DNA of 64,000 nt from Mayamaea pseudoterrestris (lineage: Eukaryota), in contig BROI01000024.1 in NCBI GenBank assembly GCA_027923505.1, forward strand, positions 310,001 to 374,000, written 5' to 3'. Of this stretch, positions 1 to 10,844 are shown piece by piece. The position numbers were made by a program, and so were the translations under genes. The notes under the pieces were generated by a model. It was given only the letters and a program-made list of their open reading frames with translations, did no database searches and was not told the origin of the DNA. The first letter of the stretch is position 1; every line of letters begins with the position of its first letter.

Positions 1-673
1 AGTCGTAACCGCCATAGTCCTTTTGCTTGACCTTGTGGAGCTTGATGCGAACTTCGTCCGACTTGATGATCAGCTTGCACTGCTCGGGGTCAATATCCTT
101 CTCCAGATTGTCTTTATACAAGCGATAAGACTTGCCGTTGAGGTCGTTGACAATCAAGTCAAAGGACGACTTGGTATAGTGGCATTGAACATTCTCCTTT
201 GGAATCTTGCCGACTCCAGCCAGAGGCACGTAAACTGTGACGAACGGAGCATTGTAGCCGCCGGCGTCAAAGGAGAAGCGATCAATGGAGGTGTACTGCT
301 TGGATCCAGCCGCAGAGGCATCGACGGATGCATTCACTGGTGTCATGGTGATGGGCCGCGGAGGAGATATTGGTGCAGCAGAAGTCGCAGGCTGCTTTTT
401 CGACGGTGAACTTTGCGGACTAGCCGATGGACTCTCCGGCTCCTTCATGTGCGCATTCTTCTCCATGCGCTTCAAGGCTTCCGACTCGCGACGAAGCTTC
501 TTCGCAAGGGCTTGAAGATGAAGACGAGCCGTCGGACGGTCCATGCTTTCGAGTGCCTTTTCAATGGCCAAGGCGTCGAGCAAACGTTCCTGGCTCGGAA
601 GATCCTGATCCTCCTCGACCTCGTCATCGGCGACGGAGTCAGTATCCATTTCGACTTCTTCGACAGACACCAT
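1..673 (-). CDS. CACYBP: Calcyclin-binding protein / Siah-interacting protein-like (CS domain), 3' end outside window
   Basis: Manual minus-strand translation from ATG at 673 stays open to the window edge: MVSVEEVEMD...YTSIDRFSFDAGGYNAPFVTVYVPLAGVGKIPKENVQCHYTKSSFDLIVNDLNGKSYRLYKDNLEKDIDPEQCKLIIKSDEVRIKLHK, a CacyBP-type CS domain. Absent from the ORF track because there is no stop in the window. Confidence 0.75.
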   Translation of the reverse strand, partial: MVSVEEVEMDTDSVADDEVEEDQDLPSQERLLDALAIEKALESMDRPTARLHLQALAKKLRRESEALKRMEKNAHMKEPESPSASPQSSPSKKQPATSAAPISPPRPITMTPVNASVDASAAGSKQYTSIDRFSFDAGGYNAPFVTVYVPLAGVGKIPKENVQCHYTKSSFDLIVNDLNGKSYRLYKDNLEKDIDPEQCKLIIKSDEVRIKLHKVKQKDYGGYD

Positions 674-893
674 TGTGTTTAGTTTCTTTTTTGAAGATGA
701 TCGTAAGAAATGTAGCTGTCCCTTGCAATGGGAAGTTGTGCGTGTTGCTTGCGAACTGGTGGTGGATCTTTGCGATGCGCGCGACGGCGCGCCATCCGCG
801 ACACGTGGAACATGAGCGACTCTTGGAGTACCAATCAGACACGAAGCGCGACTCGACGCGGTCATTTTCTTTGTGGGCGATGACACTTTCACC

Positions 894-1428
894 ATGAGGA
901 TCACCAGCCGTCGGAACTTGTGCTTGCTTCTATGCATAACTATTACTATATCGGCGACTGCTCGTGAACATGTAGAGACAACGGTAAGCCAAAATTCGGA
1001 GCTGGGAAATGGCATTTTGCCTTACATAACTGTTTCAAAACATACGTCACGGCTGACTGACAAAGTTCACAACATTTCGTTCATCACTATCGCCAACTTA
1101 TTACTGTTTTCTTTCAATACAGCGACAAGAAATCTTAGCTGGTCGCAAGAAGCGAATTGAGCAGCTCGAGACCATACTCAATGATGCCAAACAACGCCTC
1201 GACGATCACAAAACCGGCAAGCGATTATTGGAAGAATTGGAAACACTCAAGCTTGAAAAGAAGATTGAAATATTCCAACGCAAACTGGAGCAAATGCAAA
1301 GGGTTCCAGATGATTTGGAGATTGAGAGACTACTGAATCGAGAGAGAATTCGAAACGAACGAGTCGATGACAGAAGGAAACGTGAGGATCCTAGCTACTA
1401 TCGAGCCGAGATGGAAGATGAGTTATAA
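894..1428 (+). CDS. Small secreted/ER-luminal coiled-coil protein, 2 exons (894-983, 1123-1428)
   Basis: Signal-peptide-like MRITSRRNLCLLLCITITISATA; GTAAGC...TACAG intron 984-1122 joins in frame to ORF 1228-1428; C-terminus EDEL resembles a KDEL/DDEL ER-retention signal. Confidence 0.7.
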
Positions 1429-1493
1429 CATACTTGAAAGTGGGTACTTGCGTGTTCCTACGTTCAAAGCAATGACATAAGAAAGAATAAGAG

Positions 1494-2776
1494 TTATTTT
1501 CCTAGTAATCGCGAGCGTCGCTCCGAGTCGGATTCCATCAGCATCTTCACCGTATCGTAGGCTGTAAAGCTGATTGAGAATGCAATGGGACCCTTCATCC
1601 AGTTCATGGAAACGCCCTTGAAAAAGCCTCGCACTCCTTGCTCTTGGTACAAGTCTTTTATTATCTTGCCAACCGAAGGTGGCTTCATTAAATCTCGTGC
1701 ATGCGCTTCACCCAGTGAACTCAACGCAGTATCATTGCCTACCAAACCAAAGGTTTGCATCCGCCGTCGAACAACCTCCATGGGATATGTACTTGTTTGT
1801 GCAAATAAACCAGCGAATGCTCCGCATTGCATTCGCTCAATCGTTGTCAGTTCGCGTCCCGTTAGCATTTGTATCTGTTAATGATAAAGAAATAACGTTA
1901 CATCATACATCTTTTCGCTGCGACCACGCACTTAACTGAAGCGTATACACTCACCTCTCGCTTGGCTTGCTCATTGAGCGAAAACGCGATTCCCGAGTAC
2001 GGCAATATACCCAAAACAGTCGGCGAAATCCCCCGAAACAACCCCCTCCACCCAAACAAGACATACGTTTGCCGTAACACACCAACAAACCCCAAGTTGC
2101 GCACATGCTTGTGCTTCCGCCGCACCGCCAGCTGCGCCCGCGTCAAGTCGAGCGGATACGTGCACACGACGCTCGTCGTGCCCGCCACCATGCCGGCCAC
2201 TAGACTTTCCAGCGGCGTCAAGCCGCCCTTGAACAACACGTGGCCGTTGCGCTCCACCATGCCCGACTTATTCGTCGTCACGCCGAGTGACTCGTGTTTG
2301 CGCAAAAAGTGCGACTTGACGCGGTCAAAGGTCATGAACTGAATGCCAGCGTAGGGAAAGACGCGAATCATGGTGGCGAGATTGCCCTTCCACAGTGCCG
2401 TGACGCCTTCGTCGCGCACAATATTGCGGACAACGCTTGGAACGCTCCATAGATGAAACTTGACGGATGATATTTGATAAAGAATTTTGATGCGATCAAA
2501 GGGAGCTACGACTGACTTGGCCAGCATGCCCGATAAACCGCCGGCAATCATGTTGCGAAGTTCCTTGGGCAAGTGGTCGACGGGAATGGGCATGGTTGGT
2601 CGAGTCACCACTGGATGAAAGGCTCGTTCGTAGTTATTGTCGTCAGTGCTGTACGGTGCTTTTGTTACTATAAAGTCGTCCTTCTCGGCAAGTGATGTTA
2701 AATCATCTGGATCCTCCAGTGCCTGCGGCATGGATGTTCGTCTCTGAACGACAACGGTTGATGGAGGACGACTCAT
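1494..2776 (-). CDS. Mitochondrial carrier family protein (CoA-transporter/SLC25A42-like), 2 exons; intron 1875-1954
   Basis: Three Px[DE]xx[KR] signature motifs (PFDRIK, PLDLTR, PMEVVR) plus LWKGNLATMIRVFPYAGIQF; GT-AG intron joins the two ORF-track fragments in frame. Confidence 0.9.
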
Positions 2777-3108
2777 GGTGATTGAGATTTTGTCACAAGT
2801 AACAGCGACTCACCCCTGACTGCTAGTCAGTCGCAAGCTACTCGAGACCTAGAGACGATTACAGAAAGTTGCTAACCGTTTATTAGAGCAACTCGATCAT
2901 CATGGTGGGTTCGTCGTCGCCGTCGAGCGAGGATGACGCAACGCATCCATTCGGCGAACTTGAGTACCGATGCGAATGGATTGAGTCTCGCTACGATGCC
3001 TTTCATCGTGACATCATCGATCCATCGCGAGATGACGACCATCGAAAGGATCACCTTCAAGACTGCTCTCCCATACACCCTGCTGTTTACTCTACCTTCT
3101 TTATAATA

Positions 3109-3621
3109 ATGAAAATTCACGTTGCACTCATCAGTTCAGCACTAGCTGCATCAGTATCGGCCTTTGCGCCGCAACTACTACAGCAGCAGCAACACTTGGC
3201 CGCATCATCATCAACGCGCCTTTACATGTTTGGAGGCGCCGGCGCCGGCGTTCCGTCGGAGGACGACCCCGAGGAGCAGCAAGCCATGGCGGCGGCCGCC
3301 AAGCAAATGGGAATTCCGCTCGACGAGTACAAGCTTGGCATGCGGGCGCGCAACAAGCTCATGGCGCAGCTTGACTCGGCGCGGTGCCAAACGGGTGACG
3401 CGGGGACTGTGGCGATTGAGCGAGACGCGCATAATCCGCCCAAGCATTTGGAAGTGACCGTTACGGAAGCTGGAAAGGCACTGGGAGCGGAGCAAGTGGC
3501 AAAGAAGCTAGTGGTGGCTCTCAAGGATGCGGCTGCCGCGTCGAAAAAGAAGCGGGCCGAGGCGCAACAAGACATGATGAAGTTTATCAGTGATGAAATG
3601 AAAGCGGCTGGTAAAGCTTAA
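3109..3621 (+). CDS. Plastid-targeted YbaB/EbfC (STIC2)-like protein
   Basis: MKIHVALISSALAASVSAFAP bipartite presequence; C-terminal GTVAIERDAHNPPKHLEVTVTE...GAEQVAKKLVVALKDAAAASK resembles the YbaB pattern (recognised by eye). Confidence 0.55.
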   Translation: MKIHVALISSALAASVSAFAPQLLQQQQHLAASSSTRLYMFGGAGAGVPSEDDPEEQQAMAAAAKQMGIPLDEYKLGMRARNKLMAQLDSARCQTGDAGTVAIERDAHNPPKHLEVTVTEAGKALGAEQVAKKLVVALKDAAAASKKKRAEAQQDMMKFISDEMKAAGKA

Positions 3622-3795
3622 ATTAGAGGAATTGCATTGTACAATGACAGCGTAAACGATTGTGATCGGATGTTTGTTAGAAGATTCTGAGCTACTTAGT
3701 TTTAACAAAACAATTAGACTTGTATAGGATACGACACACGACGAATGATAAGTGACACGTCATTTATTATATTACAACAAACCATAGTTTAATGT

Positions 3796-5025
3796 TTACG
3801 AGTTAAACCAGTAAGAGATGAGCACGTAGCCAATGATCATCATGTAAAAGCCAGCGTTGGAATTGCCTTTGCTGTCGCCTCCCTTGAGTTGCTGGACGGC
3901 TTGGGCAATGTTCGTGCCATTGTGCTGCAGTCGTTCCTGCAACTCCCGCAGCTTACCCGTTGGAGTCGCCCGAACAGGTCCACCAGTGACTCCGTCCGAG
4001 ACGAGTCGACCGTTGGGTCCAGGAGCACCGCCGCCTCCATGAACTTGGATCGTATTGACACCAATCTGGACCTCCCGAAGGACGAGTAGCACATCCTTGT
4101 TCTGCTCCTGCAATGCCAAAAGTAGCATTCTCGTTTGTGCATCCAAATCGACATACAAATATGCGCCTAGCGAACGACATCCATTCATAAAGGCAGGAAA
4201 GAGCGAATGCAACAGCCAGACAACTTCATGTTCCGTCATGGTAGGGAACAACCAGGTTGGAAGAGGATTCGATTGTGAAGTCATGAGCGCCACCTCGACT
4301 ACCAACATGCCCATGAGTCCAGTCAATATCCAGTTTCGTGCTTCTCCACTCTTCTTTCCCAAGGTGAGCAAAAATGCCATCATTCCGTAGGAAACATAGT
4401 AAATTGCAGTCTCCAACAGAAACTGTGTTTCGTCGTATCGCTTGTTACTCTTGATGCCTTCCTTTCCAAACTTGTTGTAGACTTCTCGTAGCTCCAAATC
4501 CATAATGACATCGTACGCTTGCTTAATGGTGTTGAATTGTTCGGTAGCGTCAGGACTGGGATTCTTGTCGGGATGCAGCTCGAGACTTAGTTTCTTGTAG
4601 GCTCGCTTGATATCCAAGGGGCTCGACGTTCTTGTGACGTCCAGCATGGCGTAGTAATTTGGACCCCGGTCCTTCATTTCGAGACCTAAAGTTGAAAAGA
4701 ATGCATCAGGTTAGCTAGAAGGCGGGTGACGGACGAACACAAATTGAAGATACACGTGGAGCGACTCGACCATGCCAAAGAACATTCAAAATGGGACCAA
4801 ACAGCAAATTACAGCCCTACTATTTCACGCAGCCAGCAAACACATACCAGTCTTGATCGCTGCTATACCCGCTAGAAAGGCTATTGCGTATATAATACTC
4901 TTTTTTCGTTCGAACCGACCAGGTCGAAGAATCCATGCCACGACGGGATGAATGATAAAGGCGTAGAAGAAGAAGCCCATGAGCCCCGACAAGTCATCGC
5001 CCGAGTCATGAGAAGAGTCGCTCAT
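3796..5025 (-). CDS. Membrane-anchored DnaJ (Hsp40) protein, 2 exons; intron 4686-4847
   Basis: J-domain NYYAMLDV...IKRAYKKLSLELHPDKN with HPD; hydrophobic segments on both sides; GTATGT...TTTAG intron links ORF 4825-5025 to ORF 3796-4677. Confidence 0.85.
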
Positions 5026-5329
5026 GGTGCTATTCTATGTGTAATGCAGAATGGGACACAACAACAGAGGTGATGGACTCGCAAGACTTCGACGATGATG
5101 GAGTGATGGCGCGCGAGTGTGCAGCGCCGCGCCGACGTTTCGTGGAGAGAGCTCTGTCCCGCCTACGGTTTCAGTCACGAGGGTGAGGCTGATGACACCG
5201 ATGCGACTTTTCTCTTGATGGCTGCCATCCAGCCATCGCGACAATCAGCTCATCTTCTACTCCCGCAGATCCTGCTCCAGTACATACTTACATTAGAAGC
5301 ATTGATCACAAATAAACACCTTAGATCTA

Positions 5330-7348
5330 ATGGTCAAAAGAAGCGGCAAGCAGAAAGTTACTCAGCAGCGTGGCATAGCTGGAATGACGCTGATGCTACT
5401 TTTTGCCCGGCCCATGACGGCATTCATTCAACATGGCCGATTGGCGACTCGCATACGACCTATCATTCAAAGTGTACCAAGAATAATGCATATGAGTACA
5501 TCATCGACCGATCAGGACGAGCTACAAGAAAAGGTTCGACTAAAAGGAGACGAAATACGACAACTCAAAGCGGACGGCATTGACAAGACAGCACTCGCAC
5601 CCCATGTCGCGGAACTGGTATCTTTAAAGGCGCAGCTACCACAAGATCCAGCAACGATAACGAAAGAGTCTTCGGCTGCACCAAAGAAGGAACAACAAAA
5701 GCAAAGCAAAAAGCAATCTCCAGCTGCCAAAACAGCAGCACCAGATGTTGAATTGACAACGTCGGAACTTCGAGCCAATCGACTCGCCAAGGTGGAAGCC
5801 ATGCGACAAGCTGGCATAAAACCGTTTGAATATTCCTATCAAACGACCCACACGGCAATGCAGCTAGCGACAGATTATGACGGCAAATTGGGACCTGGCG
5901 AGGAAGACACTGAAATGGTCGGAGACGTTTCAGTGGCAGGACGAATCATGACGCGACGAGTCTTTGGAAAGTTGGCCTTTTTCACCGTTCAAGATGAATC
6001 TGGAATCATGCAGATTCAGTTTGACAAGAATCGTTTGGGTGATGCCTTTCAGGTAAGTCTCATGTACAAGCGAGCTGCTTGTGGTGATAGGCATGTCACC
6101 CACCCACACACCTGACACTTCTTCATTCCGGTTATGCAGCAACTCAAAGACTGGACAGACGGCGGCGACATCATTGGAGCAAAAGGCACCATACGGAGGA
6201 CTGACAAAGGAGAGCTTACCGTTTACGCAAAAGAATGGAAAATGCTTACCAAGTCGATCCTTCCTCTACCCGACAAGTATCATGGTTTGACGGACATTAC
6301 CAAGCGGTATCGCTCGCGTCACGTTGACTTGATCGTAAATCCTGGCGTACGAGACGTGTTTCGAAAGCGAGCGTTGATGACATCCAAACCTCGCCGTATC
6401 TTGGACGACAAGGGCTTTTTGGAGATTGAAACGCCAGTGCTACACACTCAAAGTGGCGGTGCCGAGGCCAAACCGTTTGAAACGTACCATAACTCTATGG
6501 ACATGGATTTAACGTTACGCATCGCCACGGAGCTACATTTGAAGCGCCTCATTGTCGGCGGATTTGACAAAGTTTACGAGCTTGGACGGATCTTTCGCAA
6601 CGAAGGCATATCTACGAGACACAATCCAGAGTTTACTTCGGTGGAACTATACCAGGCATACGCGGACTATAACGACATGATGGATTTGACGGAAGAGCTT
6701 GTCTGTGAGATTGCAAAGGATGTTTGCGGAGGGCTTGTTTTGCCGTACGCTGAACATACGATTAGCTTGGAACGGCCATGGCGTCGGGTTACCATGTACG
6801 ATATTGTCAAGGAAGAAATTCCGGGCTTTGATTTCGAGTCGCTAGACGCCCAAGATCCGGAGTCTTTGGTATTGGCCAAGGATGCTGCTGCGAAAGCTGG
6901 CGTACCCAACGTCGCGGCGCTGAATTCGATTGGAGAAGTTGTCAACACTTGCTTCGAGGAACTGTGCGAGGCCAAGCTGATTCAACCCACATTTGTCATT
7001 GACTATCCAGTGGAAGTAAGTCCTCTAGCGAAACCGCATCGAACAAAGCCGGGTCTCGTCGAGCGTTTCGAGCTGTTCGCGGTAGGCCGCGAGCACGCCA
7101 ACTCGTTCAGCGAATTGACGGATCCAGTGGATCAGCGGGTACGGTTTGAGGCACAGGCGGCCAAGAAAGCAGCAGGAGACGACGAGGCATGTGACGTGGA
7201 TGAAGACTTTCTGTTGGCGCTGGAGCAAGGAATGCCGCCGACGGGTGGTTTGGGAATTGGCATTGACCGCTTGGTGATGCTTCTCACAAACTCGCCTTCG
7301 ATACGAGATGTAATTGCATTCCCTCTGCTAAAGCCAGATGCAAACTAG
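5330..7348 (+). CDS. lysS: Class II lysyl-tRNA synthetase, organellar (bacterial type) with N-terminal WHEP-like domain; intron 6053-6139
   Basis: [18 protein letters not shown]-fold, [51 protein letters not shown]; in-frame splice CAG|gtaagt...gcag|CAA. Confidence 0.95.
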
Positions 7349-7553
7349 TTTCAAAGTTGTTTAAAACATAAGCATAATGTTATATTTATGTTTTTGCTCC
7401 GGTAGGTCCGCCGCCATGCCGCGAACTTGACCACCGTGCTGTTGGCACGCGTCACTCTCCGCCTTGGTCATGGCGACCGCTGCAGTGAAGGACGTTGCAT
7501 GAACAGGACATGCGCTCGGGAAAAGGAACGAGAACTTATCGTCCGTTGTTGAA

Positions 7554-8309
7554 CTAGAGCATTTCGCTCGGACTATCGAAAAGCTTGACATAATCCTCCG
7601 CCATGGCCATCCCGCTGTCGACAAACAGCTTGTCAACCGTCGCGCTCATGATGACTTTTGTCGCCGGCGAGTCGAGATCGTAGGGATATCGATTGAGCTC
7701 CTTGCTGGCGCTTGGAGAGAGGAGTACGTCGCCATGGTCCATTGCAAAGACGCTGGTCAAGCAGACTGGTAGTGGGCCGTCATTGTGCAATGAATTAGCG
7801 ACAAGTTCGGAACACTTGACGGCAGAGGAACGAATTGAAGACGGACAGTAAACGCTGCGCAACGACGACCTGGGCGTAGCAGGAGGGGTCGTTTGAGTAC
7901 TAGAAGATGGATTAGGTGTAATGATCACTGCATTGTCTTGTGCGGCAAGGTCAATGCTCCCGTCGACCGTGTCGTTGCAATCGGAAAGGTTGAACTCGAC
8001 ACTGAACCCTTCCGAACCTATATCATCTTCTACTTCATTTCCATGGGTCTCATCAAAGTTGAACATGGGCAAGTCTTGGAGAAACTGATCAAATCCTGAA
8101 TCATTGTCGTTAGAATGACTGCTGGAGTAAAAGATCTTGGTCGTCGGCATTGCCGAGAATGTGCCATCGGACAGCGAAGACAAGTCGCTTTCGGAAGAGT
8201 TTTCTCGATTCATGCGAGACGCCTTCCAATTCATGATGGACCTTGTAAAGACGTAAAAGAAGGCAGGCAGTACTAAGTATTGAGGAAGCACGAAGCGGCG
8301 CTTTGCCAT
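7554..8309 (-). CDS. Hypothetical protein with N-terminal hydrophobic segment
   Basis: Long ORF; likely start MAKRRFVLPQYLVLPAFFYVF at 8309; acidic/Ser-rich; no family recognised. Confidence 0.55.
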   Translation of the reverse strand: MAKRRFVLPQYLVLPAFFYVFTRSIMNWKASRMNRENSSESDLSSLSDGTFSAMPTTKIFYSSSHSNDNDSGFDQFLQDLPMFNFDETHGNEVEDDIGSEGFSVEFNLSDCNDTVDGSIDLAAQDNAVIITPNPSSSTQTTPPATPRSSLRSVYCPSSIRSSAVKCSELVANSLHNDGPLPVCLTSVFAMDHGDVLLSPSASKELNRYPYDLDSPATKVIMSATVDKLFVDSGMAMAEDYVKLFDSPSEML

Positions 8310-8499
8310 GGTCGTCGAGAAAAATGACGCTGCGCGATCTTCCCATGTGCGCCGGCCGAGCTCAACACACTGCGACACGTGGATTGCGCGCGCCGCGAAC
8401 CATTCGACCATGGCCGTCAAAAGGCGCTTCGCACAGAACGAAGAGCTAAACTACTCTCTACGACTATAGCAAACAGGCAACTCATTACACAACTGCAAC

Positions 8500-9507
8500 A
8501 TGCCGCAAGACTTTGCAGAGGACGACCGATTCGATGGCTTGTATTTGAACGTTGCGAATCAGACGCGCGGCATTGATCCCTTGCTCGACACGGTGTTTTC
8601 CTTTCTTCGTCGCAAGACGGACTTTTTCGCTGGCCCTCCTGGATCGGAGAATGGGACGGAGGTTGCAATCCAGAAAGTGCAGGAAGTTTGTCGAAAGCAT
8701 GCAACGCTGTATCAGCAGAGTCAGCAAAAGACAAAGAAGAAGCCAAAGGTTAACGCTGCAAAGAAGGCTGCTGGAAAGAAGGCTGAGAATGCTGCCGATA
8801 TTATTGAAATGAATGCTACAGGCGGATTCGACGTTTCTGCTGCTGAAACATTCAAGTCTCATGCACCGGCTGCAACAGAGACGTCGCCGGAGAAGCCAAA
8901 GGAGACTGCTTCTGCTGCGCCGACATCTACCAAAGACGCAACCGGCCCCGACGATGACGCAAGCAAGGACAAGGATGATCCAGGCCCGCCGCCGATTGGA
9001 AACGGCGGCACTGTAGAAGGCAAGTACGTTTGGACGCAGACGCTGTCGGAAGTGACAGTGACTGTTCCAGTTCCAGATGGTACGCGAGGAAAGGATTTGA
9101 ACGTTGTCATTGCCAAGAAGCACCTCAAGGTTGGTCTTCGCACGCAACCTGACTCGTTTATTGTGAATGAGCCGTTGACAAAGCCTATCATTATTGACGA
9201 CTCGTTCTGGACCGTGGAAGACGGCAATCGACTGGTGATTAACTTGCAAAAGGTGAATCAAATGGAGTGGTGGGACAGCGTGTGCGAATCGGATCCAAAG
9301 ATTAACGTGCGCGCCGTGCAGCCCGAGAACTCGTCACTGTCGGATTTGGATGGCGAGACTCGCAAGACGGTGGAAAAAATGATGTACGATCAGCGACAAA
9401 AGGCGCTGGGAAAGCCGACGAGCGACGAGGCGTCCAAGTATGAGGCACTTGAAAAGTTTAAGCGAGAACACCCAGAGCTTGACTTTTCGAATGCCAAGAT
9501 TTCGTAA
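8500..9507 (+). CDS. NUDC: Nuclear migration protein NudC (BOBBER-like)
   Basis: LLDTVFSFLRRKTDFF N-terminal motif; GNGG...YVWTQTLSEV CS domain; PENSSLSDLDGETRKTVEKMMYDQRQKALGKPTSDE...HPELDFSNAKI C-terminus. Confidence 0.95.
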   Translation: MPQDFAEDDRFDGLYLNVANQTRGIDPLLDTVFSFLRRKTDFFAGPPGSENGTEVAIQKVQEVCRKHATLYQQSQQKTKKKPKVNAAKKAAGKKAENAADIIEMNATGGFDVSAAETFKSHAPAATETSPEKPKETASAAPTSTKDATGPDDDASKDKDDPGPPPIGNGGTVEGKYVWTQTLSEVTVTVPVPDGTRGKDLNVVIAKKHLKVGLRTQPDSFIVNEPLTKPIIIDDSFWTVEDGNRLVINLQKVNQMEWWDSVCESDPKINVRAVQPENSSLSDLDGETRKTVEKMMYDQRQKALGKPTSDEASKYEALEKFKREHPELDFSNAKIS

Positions 9508-9691
9508 GCATGGTACAGTTGCAACTGACTACCTATGACTATCTGATTATTATCGTTAGCTGTTAGTTCTATCGTTGTTATTGAAAGGTAGTCTGGCCGC
9601 TTATTGCGACAAGTCATGTGCGCAGTTTGCTGCACATGCATTAGCAATCCACAAGCAAAATGAAACTCATGGCATCATTTTACTTGATCGC

Positions 9692-10498
9692 CTAGTCTCT
9701 CCGACCGCGACGCCCCTTCTTGTTCGTCATGAGATCCCAAACGTTTGGAATGTCAACGTCCTGCTTTTTCGTCTTTATCGGCGTTGGATCAAGCTCACCC
9801 TTGGCAACTCCATACGCTACCCGAGACCCTAGCAGCAAGAGCCCCATGCCACAGACGCCAAAGAATCCCGATGACAAGCTAATTAGTCCCATGACAACGT
9901 TGCGAAACACGGAAGCGACGCGCTGCACAAAGTAAACGTTTGTTTCCACTGGATGCGTCGCAAACACTTCGGCTAGATAGGAAGTCAACAGCCATAGTCC
10001 TCCAGCAGCAACTAATGCAAAGAAAGCTCCACTGATCGCCACGACTGGATTGACTCCATTCAAGTCCTTGGCCTCGTCAATCGACGCTTGCCGCTCCTCA
10101 TCCGTCTTGGTGGATGCAAAACTATTGAGTCCCATCTTTTCTCCAATGCTTGATTTGCTTCCGTATAGTTCCTTTCGCTTCATTTCTTCCAGTTCCGCCT
10201 GGAGTCGTTCGTTGACGGTTCGTGTGGCGGCCATGCCTGTTTGTTGTGGATCATTTGATGGATCGGAGTCCTGCTGTTTGACGACGGAAGCTAGAGGTCC
10301 GAGGATTTCATCGTCAGCGCTGTTGTCATCAATAGACTTTGCATTTAATTGAATGTGAGTGCGTTGCATGACATGCATAGTTGGTATTGCTCGTCGTCGT
10401 TGCGAAATCAGTATGACAGAAGGTGAAAAGGTGTCACCCATCGTTGGCAGCAGTGCGAGCACAAGTGGAACAAACGAGGTTCTTGATAGATGGCTCAT
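9692..10498 (-). CDS. Plastid-targeted DUF3082-like membrane protein
   Basis: Signal peptide followed by TF; C-terminal AISGAFFALVAAGGLWLLT...VQRVASVFRNVVMGLISLSSGFFGVCGMGLLLL pattern typical of DUF3082. Confidence 0.7.
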   Translation of the reverse strand: MSHLSRTSFVPLVLALLPTMGDTFSPSVILISQRRRAIPTMHVMQRTHIQLNAKSIDDNSADDEILGPLASVVKQQDSDPSNDPQQTGMAATRTVNERLQAELEEMKRKELYGSKSSIGEKMGLNSFASTKTDEERQASIDEAKDLNGVNPVVAISGAFFALVAAGGLWLLTSYLAEVFATHPVETNVYFVQRVASVFRNVVMGLISLSSGFFGVCGMGLLLLGSRVAYGVAKGELDPTPIKTKKQDVDIPNVWDLMTNKKGRRGRRD

Positions 10499-10844
10499 CG
10501 CTTTTCAGTCTAATTACACAAGAATGTCTCACTCCCGATATGTCATTCGACTGGCGTCGTTCTGTACGATATTGTTCAAGCAGTAGGTACTTCTTGTAGA
10601 ATGTGGTCATGGTGAACGAATGGCGCGACAAACATTTGTGTACCGTTACGATTGAATGACGTTTCTTAAGTGGCGCGCTCGTCCGTCCGGCGTCCGCAAG
10701 GATCGCGACAACCACGAGACCCACCTCATTGGCGACTTTAACTTGGTCACGCGATGCTCCGACGAGCAATAGTCCATCGAACATCCGACTCATCATCGCG
10801 CGCTGCAACTCCATCCAAACCCGCGCATTCACCAAGAGACGCGC

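Noticed and set aside
2902..3108. N-terminal ORF-track extensions (also 27429-29609 beyond 29423, 13198-15111 beyond 14865, 35251-36918 beyond 36657)
   Set aside because: They precede clear signal peptides or better ATG contexts and lie in promoter-like sequence.
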